NCBI GenBank assembly: GCA_012295275.1
Contig: CM022679.1
Location: 28,024,001 to 28,088,000, forward strand
DNA: 64,000 nt
From: Chrysomallon squamiferum
Lineage: Eukaryota; Animalia; Mollusca
Reading direction: 5' to 3'
Of the stretch, positions 29,721 through 44,461 are shown one piece after another; the stretch's first letter is position 1, and each line of letters begins with the position of its first letter. The notes under the pieces were generated by a model. The model worked only from the letters and a program-made list of their open reading frames with translations. It was not told where the DNA came from and did no database searches. The translations under genes were made by a program, and so were the position numbers.

Positions 29721-30083
29721 GTTATCAGTATATCATGACTTTTCTAAGTGAGTAATTGATTTTTATAGACAACTGGGATCTTGTCGTAGTTTAGCTACAG
29801 AGATTTCATCTGAAACACGGTTCATCAAAATGTGATCTCGGTCGCTAAAACACTGGGCTTTCTAGTTTCCAAGTTAAAGCTGCTGCCTGCTGCATGTATG
29901 TATGTATATGTATCTATATATGAAAAACCATGGAATGTGATATCCTGTATGTGATTTCTAAATAACAAAAAATAGAAAGTGGTTATGTGAACTTGCTGTA
30001 TCAATAAACACGAAATCGTAAAAATCAACACTAACTACACAAATGTTTATTCCAGTTTGTAATGTTGTATTTTTATTCTTGTG

Positions 30084-30213
<130 letters not shown>

Positions 30214-30389
30214 CTATATCTCTCTATCTCTCTCTCTATCTATCTAACTCTCTCTCTCTCACACACACACACATGCACACACATAACATTTTTGCTAATA
30301 AATTTACCTTGTACACACACAGTTCTTCTAGATCACTAATTTTATTATAAAATAACAGTCTGAAGACTAACATTATTTTATCAACTTAC

Positions 30390-30531
30390 CTTTAGTCAAA
30401 TCACAGGCAACTTAGAGCAGATCTTTTTTCTTTTTTTGTCCTTCTGTCGATTCAGGCCAGTAACACTCAATTATATACACATCATAAATAGAGCGTGTAA
30501 ATCAGAAATACTTTTAATAAACAGAGATACG
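30390..30531 (-). other. Candidate non-coding 5' UTR exon of the GPCR (142 nt)
   Basis: Minus-strand acceptor tttattgtcttacag| (AG 30533-30532) paired with consensus donor AAG|GTAAGT (GT 30389-30388). No transcript evidence. Confidence 0.35.
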
Positions 30532-31682
30532 CTGTAAGACAATAAATCAAAGTGTACTGGGCGTCACTGATAAATATAAAACTCTCTAAACTTCAACAAA
30601 ATAAAACGAAACGCTGTGAAAACGAACGCAGATCTTGGTGTGATGTTTGCCACTAGGTGAATACGTTAACCTGGTTTATTACACAGTAACAGTCAGCAGC
30701 AGTTCCACTCTGGGTAGTTTCTGGGGTGTTAACGACTTGTACCTGTATGACTCAGGGGAAACAGTCACCGTGTTTTTGTTGATTTTTGTTTCATATTTTA
30801 AAAAGTCGTTATTTTACATACTCCTCGGGTGAGATGAGATAAAAAAAACAAATGTTCAGTGAGAGCGGTCACACATGAATGAGCTTTCGTTCAGAATCAG
30901 TGAAAATCGTATTAGCATGCGTAATATGAAAATCATAGATGTGTGTCTTTGTGCTCGAAGTTATAGCAACGTGCTTAATGAAAGTTTAATACCGGACTTT
31001 GCTCATTTTTGTCAATGGTATTTCATGGTTGAAATGAAACGAATAAATTGCAAGTTATCCGCTGAATATGATTTTGTAGATTTATGTAAATATTATTTTA
31101 TGGCTGAAATAAACAAAACAGCGCCTTTTGGTATTGAAGAAAATCAGTTTCAAAAAGTTTCAAAAACGAGCAAACATTTAATTCGTCTTCATTGAGATAT
31201 ATCGTTATTAAAATGAATTAAGCCAAGGGTATTCCCGTTCCGTCCAATCTGTCACGTCAAACTTCAAATCGTTTAGAAACATCAAACATAGCGTGATACA
31301 CGATTGCATCAGAAAGTTACACATAAAAGCACTGAAGCAGACACCATTACAACACATTACAGCTGCTTTAGTCAGTTATACCAAAGTGCTCGTAACAAGA
31401 TGAATATGAAAAACAATGGATGTGATCTATCAGAGGAGAAAGATTGATAAAAATAATTATTTGTATTTAACAGCGAGGAACCTCACTGCATATCCATGTC
31501 TAGACCAAGCATGCGTTTTTCTGCAGCTGTCTGATGGTTTTATCTTTTTTAACCATATCTGCTGCAGATATTCCTACTAAAGTTGCATATTGTGTAAACG
31601 TTGTTGTTGTTGTTGCTGCTGCTGTTGTTGCTTTTGCTCTTCTTTTTCTTCTTCTTCTTCTTCTTCTTATTATTATTATTAT

Positions 31683-31717
<35 letters not shown>

Positions 31718-32346
31718 TTTTAATATTATTACAACCACTGATGCTGTTATTACTAATACAACCATTTTAATACTACCTCTACTACTACTGCTACTACTAC
31801 TGCTACAGCTAGTACTATTTCAGCTATTACTACTACCATTGCTACTACTGTTACTACTTACCATGAATACATTTCCTCTGTTAACAACAGCCCAGTCTGT
31901 TTTTTATACAATAAACTAGGATATTTCCCTCGTGCTCAGTCTATCACAAAAACCCATAAACTATATCTCTTTGAGGATCACATAATGTTTGTGGGTCAGT
32001 GTTGAGAAGACAGCTACTATTAGTGAGATAAAAACACACACAGTGTTTTGTGAGATAGGAGTCACGCTGCGCCTCCGGGTAAACATTTTCTGCTGATCAT
32101 TGTCAAAAAAAAAAAAAAAAAAAAAAAAATCCTTGACTGTCAAAGTCATTGGGTTGTAACATTTTTTATGGTTATTTTACAAATAAATATTCATTAGCTC
32201 TTCCTCTCGTTAGCAAAGCCGATTACAGTTAGCTAGCAGGAATTTGAAATAAAATATTATGTGTTTCTTAGTGAACCGTGTTTTGTGTATGTAGGTTTAC
32301 CAAAGTTTTGCTTTTTGAGTGTGTTTTTTTTCACGGTTGTGTATTT

Positions 32347-32638
32347 CGGAAATTTACGAATGATGTCGTTACTTTCCGGCAATTAGTTCAGCTGAAGTTA
32401 ATGTATATTTTTCTAACGGTAACATCTTTCGGAAGTCTACGATTGCTGCACTTTAATTTCCGGCCATTACAACAGCTGTAGATATCGAATGTTTTGTAAC
32501 GTGATGCCTGTCGGAAATCTCGAAAAAGTTTCATTATTTTCCGAGTTTCATTTTAAGGACAGTTAGTTTTTTTAACATAACTGCTTTCGGAAATGTTCGG
32601 ATAATGTCGTAATTTTCCAGTCGCTTATTCAGCAGCTG
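32347..32638. repeat. Diverged ~80-bp tandem array (4 units), each carrying CGGAAA-N20/21-TTTCCG
   Basis: Left half-sites at 32347, 32430, 32512, 32588 and right half-sites at 32373, 32457, 32538, 32614. Confidence 0.75.
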
Positions 32639-33050
32639 AAATAGTTTCTTGGTATTTTATGTGAAATGTCCGAAAACCTCTGATTCTATTTTTTTTTTAA
32701 TCCATTTATTCATTTATCTGTCTTTTTATATATGATGATGATGACGGTTGTAAATAATAAGAAGAAAAGATTTTTATATCGATTGCTTTTTTTATTTAGA
32801 AGATAAATAGGAGTTCTGTCTTTATCATTGTCGTATATATAACAGTTAATTGTATGAATAAATGTTTAAGAACAGATTAACAGATTAACAGATAAGAAAA
32901 CCTTCTTCCTTGAGCTCTGTTCTCGTTAACAGCAGTGGAGTTTATCAAGTCAGCTTCCTGTCGACCACAGTAAACTAAATCTTTTTTCTTCTTCGCGTAA
33001 AACTATGACAAATTAAACACAGCGACAACAATCTTTTTATTTTTATTTTT

Positions 33051-33089
<39 letters not shown>

Positions 33090-33887
33090 TTTTTTTATTT
33101 TATTTTATTTTATTTTATTATTTTTATTTTTTTTTTTCTTATTTTTTTTATTTTTTTTATTTTTTTTATTTATTTATTTTTTTTATTTTATTTTTTGTCC
33201 AAGGTCAGTTTAGGTGAAAACAAGTGACCAGCAGTAAATAATGAATAAGTAATTAGTTTTTACTGCAAATCGACATGGAACCTCGGGGTCAGGAAACAAA
33301 GAAATAATTATGAGTAATGAATCACAGAACGTGACTGATACAGTGTTAGAACATACACACACACACACATGCATACACACACTTACACACATACACTCAC
33401 ACACACACACACACACATACACACACAGACACACGAACTCTCACACTCGTACGCACACAACAAATACAGACGCACAAATACACAGATACATTCACACACA
33501 CATACACACATACATAAATAAAAAAAGGCACACGTAAACACATACACAATGAAACATATACAATGACACACACACAAACGCATATATGTACGTAGTTAAG
33601 TGTACTGAGTAATAATTCACATCCCACATTCCCTGATTAAGGTTTTAAAACAGTTTCATCACACGCAGATCACCTGAACAAACAGATCGTGAAAGAGATT
33701 ATTTAGCCAAAGGACAAAGATCTTATCTTTCTAACCTGATTTGAAAATTAGGTAAGTAAAACAAGCTAAAAACACAAACAAATAAATAAATCAAAAGAAA
33801 AATAGACTGCACAAAACAATTTAATTTTTTTTTTAAATTGGAATAAATTATATCTTGAATCGCAAATAAGTACAAGGGTCAGGGTCA

Positions 33888-34645
33888 TAGTATTTGATTA
33901 CAGAAAGATGTTGAATGTAGATAGTATTTGATTACAGAAAGAAGTTGAATGTAGATAGTATTTGATTACAGAAAGAAGTTGAATGTAGATAGTATTTGAT
34001 TACAGAAAGGAGTTGACAATAGATAACATTTGATTACAGAAAGGAGTTGACAATAGATAACATTGATTACAGAAAGGAGTTGACAATAGATAACATTGAT
34101 TACAGAAAGGAGTTGACAATAGATAACATTGATTACAGAAAGGAGTTGACAATATATAACATTGATTACAGAAAGGAGTTGACAATAGATAACATTGATT
34201 ATAGAAAGGAGTTGACAATAGATAACAATGATTACAGAAAGGAGTTGACAATAGATAACATTGATTACAGAAAGGAGTTGAATGTAGATTGTATTTGATT
34301 ACAGAAAGGAGTTGACTGTAGATAGTATTTGATTACAGAAAGGAGTTGACAATAGATAACATTGATTACAGAAAGGAGTTGACAATAGATAACATTGATT
34401 ACAGAAAGGAGTTGACAATAGATAACATTGATTACAGAAAGGAGTTGACAATAGATAACACTGATTACAGAAAGGACTTGAATGTAGATAGTATTTGATT
34501 ACAGAAAGGAGTTGACTGTAGATAGTATTTGATTACAGAAAGAAGTTGAATGTAGATAGTATTTGATTACAGAAAGGAGTTGACTATAGACAGTATTTGA
34601 TTACAGAAAGGAGTTGACTAGAGATAAGATTTGACTGTAGAAAGG
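33888..34645. repeat. 33/34-bp minisatellite, about 22 copies
   Basis: Constant TTGATTACAGAAAG(G/A)AGTTG followed by ACAATAGATAACA or AATGTAGATAGTAT variants. Confidence 0.96.
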
Positions 34646-35082
34646 ATATGAAAGATGGAACAGTCAATGGTACAAGCACAGTACTGAAAATGTGTTGCTG
34701 ATGGTAATAATAATAATAAAGGTTTTTACAAGTCAAAAGCTCTCATGAAGAATAAACGTGGTACAGATTACAATACATGCTCGGATACACATTGCTGACG
34801 TATAACTCTGGTTACTAACAACACACGAACCTGCTGTTCTCTACAACGTGCCGACGTCACTGGACGAAACGTGCACGTGCTGCACCCTGACTTTAATTCG
34901 ACAAGATCTGATTACAACGGACAGGCATGTAGACGTCGTGGTGCGGTTCTACATCGCTGCTCTGCTGATGCTGGTACAAAAATAGCGACTTCGGCATGTT
35001 GGTATGTTGTAAATAGTAATCAACATTTCACAGACGATGTACGAGATTCATTTGTGGAAAGAGTGTTAAGTTTAGTGAAAAA

Positions 35083-36060
35083 ACACACTACACTACATTA
35101 CACTTATCTACACTACATTACACTTAACTACACTGCATTACAATTAACTACATTACACACACTTAACTACATTACATTATACATAACTACATTGCATTAC
35201 ACTTAACTACAAATTTAACTACATTACATTACACTTAACTTCATTACAGTATTATTATTACACTGCATCACACTATACAGTACTTCTCTACACTAACCTA
35301 CACTATACTACACTATACTACACTATACCACACTCTACTATACTATATCACACTATACTACACTATAACACACTATACTACACTATACCATATTATACTA
35401 CAATATACCACACTGTACTACAATATATCACACTATACTACTTTACTTTATACAACCCTGCACTGCATTAAGCTACACTACATTAGATTACATTTCCCTA
35501 CACAACTCTAAACTTCACAACACTATACTACATTACACTACACTACAGCACACTACACAACATTATACTAAATTACACTACACTACAGCACACTACACAA
35601 CACTATACTACATTACACTACACTACAGCACACTACACGACACTATACTACATTACACTACACTACAGCACACTACACAACACTATACTACATTACACTA
35701 CACTACAGCACACTACACAACACTATACTACATTACACTACACTACAGCACACTATACTACACTATACTACATTACACTACACTACAGCACACTACACAA
35801 CACTATACTACATTACACTACACTACACAACACTAATACTACATTACACTACACTACACTACAGCACACTACACTACAATATACTACATTACACTACACT
35901 ACACTATACTACATTACACTACACTACAGCACACTGCACTACACTACACTACATTACACTACACTACACTATACTACATTACACTACACTACAGCATACT
36001 ACACTACACATTACTTCATTACACTACAATACAATACACGAAGCCACGCTAAACCATACA
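35083..36060. repeat. (ACACT)n pentamer satellite with a 40-bp higher-order unit at about 35521-35820
   Basis: CACTATACTACATTACACTACACTACAGCACACTACACAA repeated. Confidence 0.95.
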
Positions 36061-36454
36061 CTGCACCAAACTACGTCAACTTACTTACTCATGTAACACA
36101 ACTTTATCTTTGGATCTCAAAAAGAAACACTAATCGAGCCAAGTCCTAGGAGACGCGTGCTGGTATTTGAGCGTTTTACGCAAGTAATCTGAAACATCTT
36201 TAAACAGTATTGATCACATCAATCTTTAGTCACCACACAAAATGAAGCTGTGCAGAAAATAGAAATCATGTACATGATATCTACATTTATCTTTCTAAAA
36301 ACAACAAACATCATGTTACATTTGTCTTTACTGACTTCTAAATGTGGCTTTTTCATATTATTTGTTTTCAATTCGTTCTTTTTAAGGATTTGGTTTCTTT
36401 TTTCTTTCTCATTTTTCTTTCTTCTTCTTCTTCTTCTTCTTCTTCTTCTTCTTC

Positions 36455-36513
<59 letters not shown>

Positions 36514-36749
36514 GACTGTTGTTGATTTGTAATTTAGTTTGATGTAGTGAACTCTTTCACTGGAAAAAACATATCTCACTCCTACACAGATGTATTGATT
36601 TGAGCTAATTTGTTTGTTGTGTGCATGACTGTAATTCATAAATATACCCCCAGGAATTCTCAGAAAGAAAAACTAATAAGAGAAGGAAATACTCACAATA
36701 TTTTCTCTAACAATAAAATAAATAAAAGATAATAAATATTTGTATTATA

Positions 36750-36963
36750 GTGATAGGGGTGAGTTGCACATCATGTTAGATATTCGTCCGAAACGTGACA
36801 GATCCCAGGTTCAAACCTCGATTTCCCTTGAGTTATTTTCTATTCCAAGCCAACCATGTAATTGTTTATTAAATGTTGTCCTCAGAATTTTCCTATCTCA
36901 GTAATGCTCCAGTACAACGCTTTTGTTGACAAATGTAACTTGGTAAAAAGCAACAGCAAGTTT
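36750..36963 (+). mobile_element. Decayed tRNA-derived SINE-like element
   Basis: Pol III B-box-like GGTTCAAACC near 36808-36817 with a degenerate A-box upstream and no cloverleaf. The downstream body loosely resembles a remembered gastropod SINE (unverified). Confidence 0.35.
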
Positions 36964-36981
36964 CGTACGTGTGTGTGTGTG

Positions 36982-37117
36982 TCCGGATTTGACAAGGTTT
37001 TTTTCATAGCAGTTTAACGATAGCTGAAATGGTCCCTGTTTATACAGAAGTCCGGATTAGTCAAAGGCTGGTTATCGCAGAGACCACTGTATATAGAAAA
37101 ACCTTGTCTAATCCGGA
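36982..37117. mobile_element. MITE / pogo-Tc1-like transposon end with inverted repeats
   Basis: TCCGGATTTGACAAGGTTTTTTTC (36982-37005) is inverted against GAAAAACCTTGTCTAATCCGGA (37096-37117). There is an internal direct copy TCCGGATTAG at 37051 and a CACTG-TA terminus-like motif near 37086-37092. Confidence 0.45.
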
Positions 37118-37877
37118 TGCGATCTACGTATAAATCCGAGTATAAATTACTGAACAAAAGAACAGTCTATGCAGTAATTTGCTTTGTCAACAACGGTACA
37201 CAGTTTTACAGATACGATTGCTTCTTAAACAATGACGCAGTCTGCACGTAAGTAGACTGCTGCATGAGATGAAATGATCGCAGTTCTTTGAACGCTTAAT
37301 AAACACTGTTGTCATGCTTCTTGTAATTACTAGATGCAGCTAAATGAATAAAATTTGTGCTAGTGTGTGTTGATACCTAAGTGAATTCACCGCGATCTTA
37401 AAAACGGCAACGTATGGAACTTTCAGTGCAGCAGTCTAAAGTGAAATGAATAGAACAGCTTTCATTAAATCCACTGGGTAAACAGAAAGGTTTAGCTATG
37501 CAGTTTAAAACGTAGTGGCCATTAACAGAGTTCTACGAAACCAACACATTCAAAAATCTGAATGGACTGACGATGCACACAGAATTTCGTACAGTGACGT
37601 TCTTAAAACAATAAAATAAAATAAATCTTCTGCTGCTACCATTGAAACATGGAGGCCATGACAGATGAGTTTGCTTTGGAGAAAAGTATGAAAAGAAAAA
37701 ACGCCGTCCTCAGTGATAGTCTGTTTCTCCGTTGACATTTGATAGACCTTTATCTGTAACGTTTGTAATAAAAAATATTCCGTTTTGTGTTATTTTCATC
37801 TTTAAAGACCGGTACTATGTCTAAAATGTTATATGTCATTAGTCCCACGTTAAACCTGTTTTAGCAGAGTCCACTAT

Positions 37878-37948
<71 letters not shown>

Positions 37949-39558
37949 TACTCAGTCACTATTGCTACTGAATTATAAAGCTAGGTTTTATGTTCTTGAT
38001 ACTAAAAATCTGTACACGTGTCCTTTGAATAAAAACAGTCGATGTTAGGAATATCTTTACCGCAAGCATTATCACTAACACGCAAATTATAATCATATCA
38101 TTACAGTTATCATGAGTATCATCTTGTTCATTGTCACAAAGCAAAAAATAATGGCCGTTATGTCGAGAGAAAAGGAAAAAAGATGCTGCTGCTTCTGATG
38201 ATGACGATGATAAAAAGAGAGTTATGGTAACGATCATAAGTATGATGATGAAAATGGTGATGATGATGATAACGATGGTGATGAAGACGTTAATTATGAT
38301 GGTGATGGTGATGGTGATTATGATGGTGATGGTTTTGAATACATGTTACACGTGATATTTTTTAACAAACTTGCAGTTGCTGTACTAAAAACCAAATAAC
38401 CAGTAAGTGTTAGAGTAAAACAAAATAAAACAAAACCTGTTAGTGCGGGTTCTCGCTTAGATCAGAGGTTTTGCTAGTGATCTGTTTTAAACTGTGATGA
38501 CTTTCCCGCCTCGCTCTCGTTACAACACGTGGCGTGTTTTCTGAATCACAGGTTTTCACATCCTCCGTCATTCTGCTCTCGTTAACCACTGCAAATAGCG
38601 CACTGATTGTTCTCACTGTTGTTTTTTCTATTCGCTTCTTCAGAAATATGTTTGGCTTTCAGGCTGAGCTCAATTCTCTCGTAGGCGCTTGTCCGGTCTG
38701 ACTAAATCATCCGTCTCAGCGTGTAAACTATTTCATGCATGTTTTCTTTGCTCCACGCTGCAAGGTTCTGCTCTGTTTTGATGTTCTGTGTGCGATTCTG
38801 TCCTGAAACTTATACGTCTTGTTTGTTTCAATTTGTACGTCAGTCGTCAAACGCATCAAGTTTTCAAAAAAATTGTAAATCAAATTAACTGATAAGGGGC
38901 AAAATAAATATGAAAGTAGTTTCAGTTGTGTTGAAGTCATATTATTTTACAGATGTGGTTGATCAAAGTGTTACTAGGTCGAGTGTGTTCAGATATGAAG
39001 ACAGATTAGATATACAGAGTGACAGACGCACGAACACAGCTGACAGACAGAGGAACTGATGGAAGAATTTACTGATTTTTCTTGGTTTTATCCCAGTCAC
39101 GAATAACACATTTTACATACGTACATCTCGACACTGTTTTAATTCACAACAGAGAAACACGTTTGGCATATTGAAATAAATTTAAGTTTTTCCTCTGTCA
39201 GTGAGAGTGCTAGTAATATCTGTCACAAGTTAATTTAATTATACACGAGCATATCTACACACATATCTGAACCTAGCGAATTACTAGAAAACAAAGCGTC
39301 ACAGTTAATGAAAAGTAATCATCACCATGGTTACCCTGGTCTGGAAAACATGTCATTTCAGTGCCATGGCCTTTTTCCGTTTGAACTACTGTTGATGATG
39401 AAACTGATGACGTTGAAACGTAGTGACGTAATTATAATTATTATCAGATGATGCAGTTTGACAATCCCTTACTGTCAGAAATGAATCGTAATATGTTGTT
39501 GTTGATGCTGTTGTTGCTGTTGTTTTTGTTGTTGTTCTGTTTTGTTTGTTGCTTGTTT

Positions 39559-39618
<60 letters not shown>

Positions 39619-39763
39619 TGTGCTTCCTTTTGTTATTTTTTATTTTTATTATTTTTTTATTGTTTGTTTGTTTTGGGGTTTTGGTTTTTTTTTTTTTTTT
39701 TTTTAGTGTTTGCACTGTTTGACTTTGTAAATCTAAGTAATATCAACGATAAATTGAATGATA

Positions 39764-39832
<69 letters not shown>

Positions 39833-40126
39833 AATTTAATTTAAAATGTTTTCAATTAAAAACCGTCTTAACAGCATGAGTAGAAGAAAAACACAGTAAT
39901 GATTTAAGTAAACGGAAAATCAGGACCTGAGAGTCGGTGAGATGAAGGTTCAAGTCGGCTAAATCGATTTTAAATGTATTCAAGCTTGCAGGCAAGTATC
40001 GCCAAATAACCAAATCATGAACTGTCCGGGCAAAGATATTTGACTTGATTACTGACTCCAGACTAGTTTGTGTCAAGCAACTGTTTATTGCAAGTCATCA
40101 AAACAAGAGTTCTTAACACCACATGC

Positions 40127-40643
<517 letters not shown>

Positions 40644-41495
40644 AGATGGAATTTTATGCAAATAATGTATTACGTCATGTTTTACTGTCATGTGACACTA
40701 TAATAAACTAATAACCTAATATAAACATACACATACATATATACTGACATACACATACATATATACTGACATACATACAGATAAACGTACGTTCAGATAA
40801 ACTCTGACAGTAAACGGAAATCAATATTTCATTTTTTTTTTTTTTTTTTTTTTCTAAGAAAATCCCGAGAGACCAAGAAAGAAGATTTACAGATTTTTCA
40901 CTTTAACCTCGTCCTCGTTATTTTCTCAGCCGTTGATTTTCAGATTATAACATAATTCCCATGGTCTTGACAACGCTGAATAAGCAACACATCTTCTAAT
41001 TTGAGAGATGTCCGTATTGTAAAATATTTATATTAAATATTACAATAAAGACGTCTTTATTGATTAGCAGTTATCAGGTTTATTTGTAATCAATGAATGT
41101 TAAGTACGCGTTTGCTGAACACAACATGACAGAAAATAAAAATACATAAAAAATAAAACGAGAAGCGAAATGACATATTTAAAGTATACCATAATATCAA
41201 ACAGTTTCAGAGAAAGTAAGCGACAGAGAGACAGAAAGACACACAAACAGACAGATATTTAGATAGACAGGTAGACAGAGATACATACAGACGAATGGAT
41301 GAAAATAAAAGTTGGATTGATGGAGGAATGCAGGGATGGATAGATGGATGTGGGGACGGACGGAGAGAGAGAGAAAGATTCTGTGAAAATTAAATGTCTG
41401 GTTTTGGTTAAAGTTAACAATTTTCTCACAACATATCTATTTCATGATGCATGTTTTAGTCTATGGCTTATTTTAAACTTTTGCTAAATGTTTTG

Positions 41496-41557
<62 letters not shown>

Positions 41558-44461
41558 GTTATTATTGTTTATTCTATTATTATTGTTGTTTGTTATTGTT
41601 ATTGTTATTGTTGTTGTTGTTGTTGTTATTATTATTATCCTAATAGACTTTTTTACTCCCTTAAAACTAATAATTAATAATTTACTTTTCATTCTCTTAC
41701 TCAAAAAATGTGTGCCTAACACGTGTATTTTATAATAATGAACATACCCGCCTTACACACACTCAAACATGCACACAAACACAAAAACACACCTAATCAT
41801 ACATAGAAACAAACACACATTCACACAGACACAAACACACACTCACATTCACACGCGTAAACACACTCACACACACGCTCACACACAGACATGCATATAC
41901 ATGCACAGCATACTCAAACACAGAGACACACACATACACGTACACACGTACACACACATACACACATCTGAACATCACCAAGTGTTAGAACAGGTGCGAT
42001 AGTTTAATTCCAATCACGAAAATATCTTTACATATCTGTTTTCCTTTCCATATTTCTAAACAAACCTGATATTAATTATATATAACTATACTATAAAAAA
42101 CAACATCGCTTAACGACAACGGAAATAAGAAAAATAATAATAAATTAAAAAAATGTATTTATTGTATTAGTACTAAGAAACGTAAACCGATCCGTTCTCT
42201 GTAAACTTTATACAAACTAGTACCAACTAGTACCAAACTAGTACCTACAAAAATATAAAGAAAGCTAAATATATATATATATATATATATACACACTCTC
42301 TCTCTCACACACACACACATACAAACTAACATACATACAGATACACATACATACATACATACAATTAAATGCTATTATTGTTACTTATAATGAACGAATA
42401 AAGTATCTATGTATTTTAAGTATTTTACGATTTATATAAAACTGTCAAAGATTCTACTTGTAGTGTCACTATTACTGAAATAGACGAGTGAGAAGTGTTA
42501 CTTACATGAAGACAGAACACGACGTATTCCACACACAGAGAGTCAAGCGCTGTTTTATCAATGAACTGCTCTGCTCGCTTCTCTCTCACTGCTAACTCGC
42601 ATGCGAGGACGCGACTGGGCCAAAACCGCGATTATACGAGTTACAGATTTGTTTGCCGGTGAGGAATCTGTCTTTGTGAAATAGAGACCCAGAAAAGGGA
42701 AATACACACACACATGCATGTATGTATGTATGTATGTATGTATGTATGTATGTATGTATGTATGTATGTATGTATGTATGTATGTATGTATGTATGTATG
42801 TATATGTATACATCTATGTGTGTATGTATGTATGTATGTATGTATGTATGTTTCTATGTGTATAGGCAGATATGTATGTATGTAGGTAAGTATATGTGCC
42901 TGTGTATATGTATGTATATATGAATGTATTTATGTAGGTAGGTAGGTATATGTGCCTGTGTATATGTGTCTATATATGAATGTATTTATTAAAGTAGATA
43001 TGTATATGTATGTATGTGTGTAGGTAGGTAGGTAGGTAGGTAATTAGGTAGGTAGGCAGCTAGGAGACAAAACGTTTGTAGTATATGTCTTAGTATAAAA
43101 TTATAATGAAACAAAAATATGTGTAAACAGAAATCTAATGCGATGTGGATAAATGCGTTGCCGAATATTATCCACATGCAGAGTGTAATGAGACGTGCAT
43201 AGGACAGAGAGAATTAAAATCCTAAAAAACAGACTTTCCAGTGCCAGGTTTCCCATACAAAATAGATGCGCACAAAAATGATGTTTCGTGGGAAGCGATG
43301 GTTAACCTTGTTACAGTTGTTTTGAAAGGTAACGTCGTCTGACTTCAGAGTGGGGGCTGCTGGATGACTCACGTTCAAGTCTTGTCAGCGGCATCTGACG
43401 TGGTCTATGAAGTAGTGACTGGACTTTGAGCGTTCTCGAATATTGTCTATGTTCAGAGTCTAATCAGACCACAAAGACGTAAATGCATGTATCGCGTGTT
43501 CTGTGTATGTGTACTTCAGTACTGTTTATTGTTATTATAACAAATAATTAGTGAACATACGTTTACGTTTACTGATGTGTAATTACATCGAGATTTGCAT
43601 ACTGCAAGACAACAAAAAAGAAAACATTCAGTCTTTTTCGTATAAACCAAATTTTTAGTTTGTTAACCAAAACTATGAAACAAAAGTTCAGAAAACACAA
43701 AACGCCACAAAGTGTAATGAAATAAATTTTTATTTCAGTAAAGACTCACTAAATTTAACTAAAATATTTTAACCATTCGAGTGTTTGAAATGTTTGTTAC
43801 TTATGAAATAAAACAGAAATGCGTAGTCCAGAAACCACACATTAGTAATTTATCATAGAGACAAGGATTTATTTCTCCCTAATTAAGCACCTTAGATGTG
43901 TCAGCACTGCGAACTGTTAATACATTTCTCGTCTGTGGTTTAACAGCAGTAGCAGCCGTAGTAGTAAAATCAGCATCAGTAGTAGTTGTTGTTGTTGTAA
44001 TAGTTGTAGCGATAGCTGTAGTAACTGTAGTAGATGTGCGGTAGTAGTTGCAGCCGTAATAGTAGGAGCAATAATAGTATGTCATTACAATATCAGTTGC
44101 AGTAGTGATAGAAGTGGTAGTAGTAACAGTTATAGTGGCTGTAGTAGTTGTAGTAATAATAGTTTTAACAGTAGTAGCAGTCGTAGTAGTAGTTGTGTAA
44201 TAGTAGTAGTTGTTGTTGAAGCATTAGTAGTGGTAGAAGAAGTAGCAGTAATAGTAGTTATTGTCGTAGCACAGTAGTAGAAATGGTAACAGTAACGACA
44301 ACGGTGTAGTAGTTGTTGAAGTAATAATAATAGTGTTTATTATTGCAGTTCCAGTTAAAGCAGTAGTAGTAGCTGTGGTAGATTTAGCGTTGTCAACAGC
44401 AGTAATGTTAATGTTTCATCAGAAGCATCACACTAATCAGTTTACTCTCACATACAATACA

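Noticed and set aside
33888-34645. CRISPR-like constant repeat with variable spacers
   Set aside because: The spacers are only 13-14 bp, recurrent and related to each other; there are no cas genes and the context is eukaryotic. It is a minisatellite.
36760-36830. tRNA gene
   Set aside because: Only a B-box-like motif; no acceptor stem or cloverleaf. The same applies to the minus-strand GGTTCGAGT near 53790.
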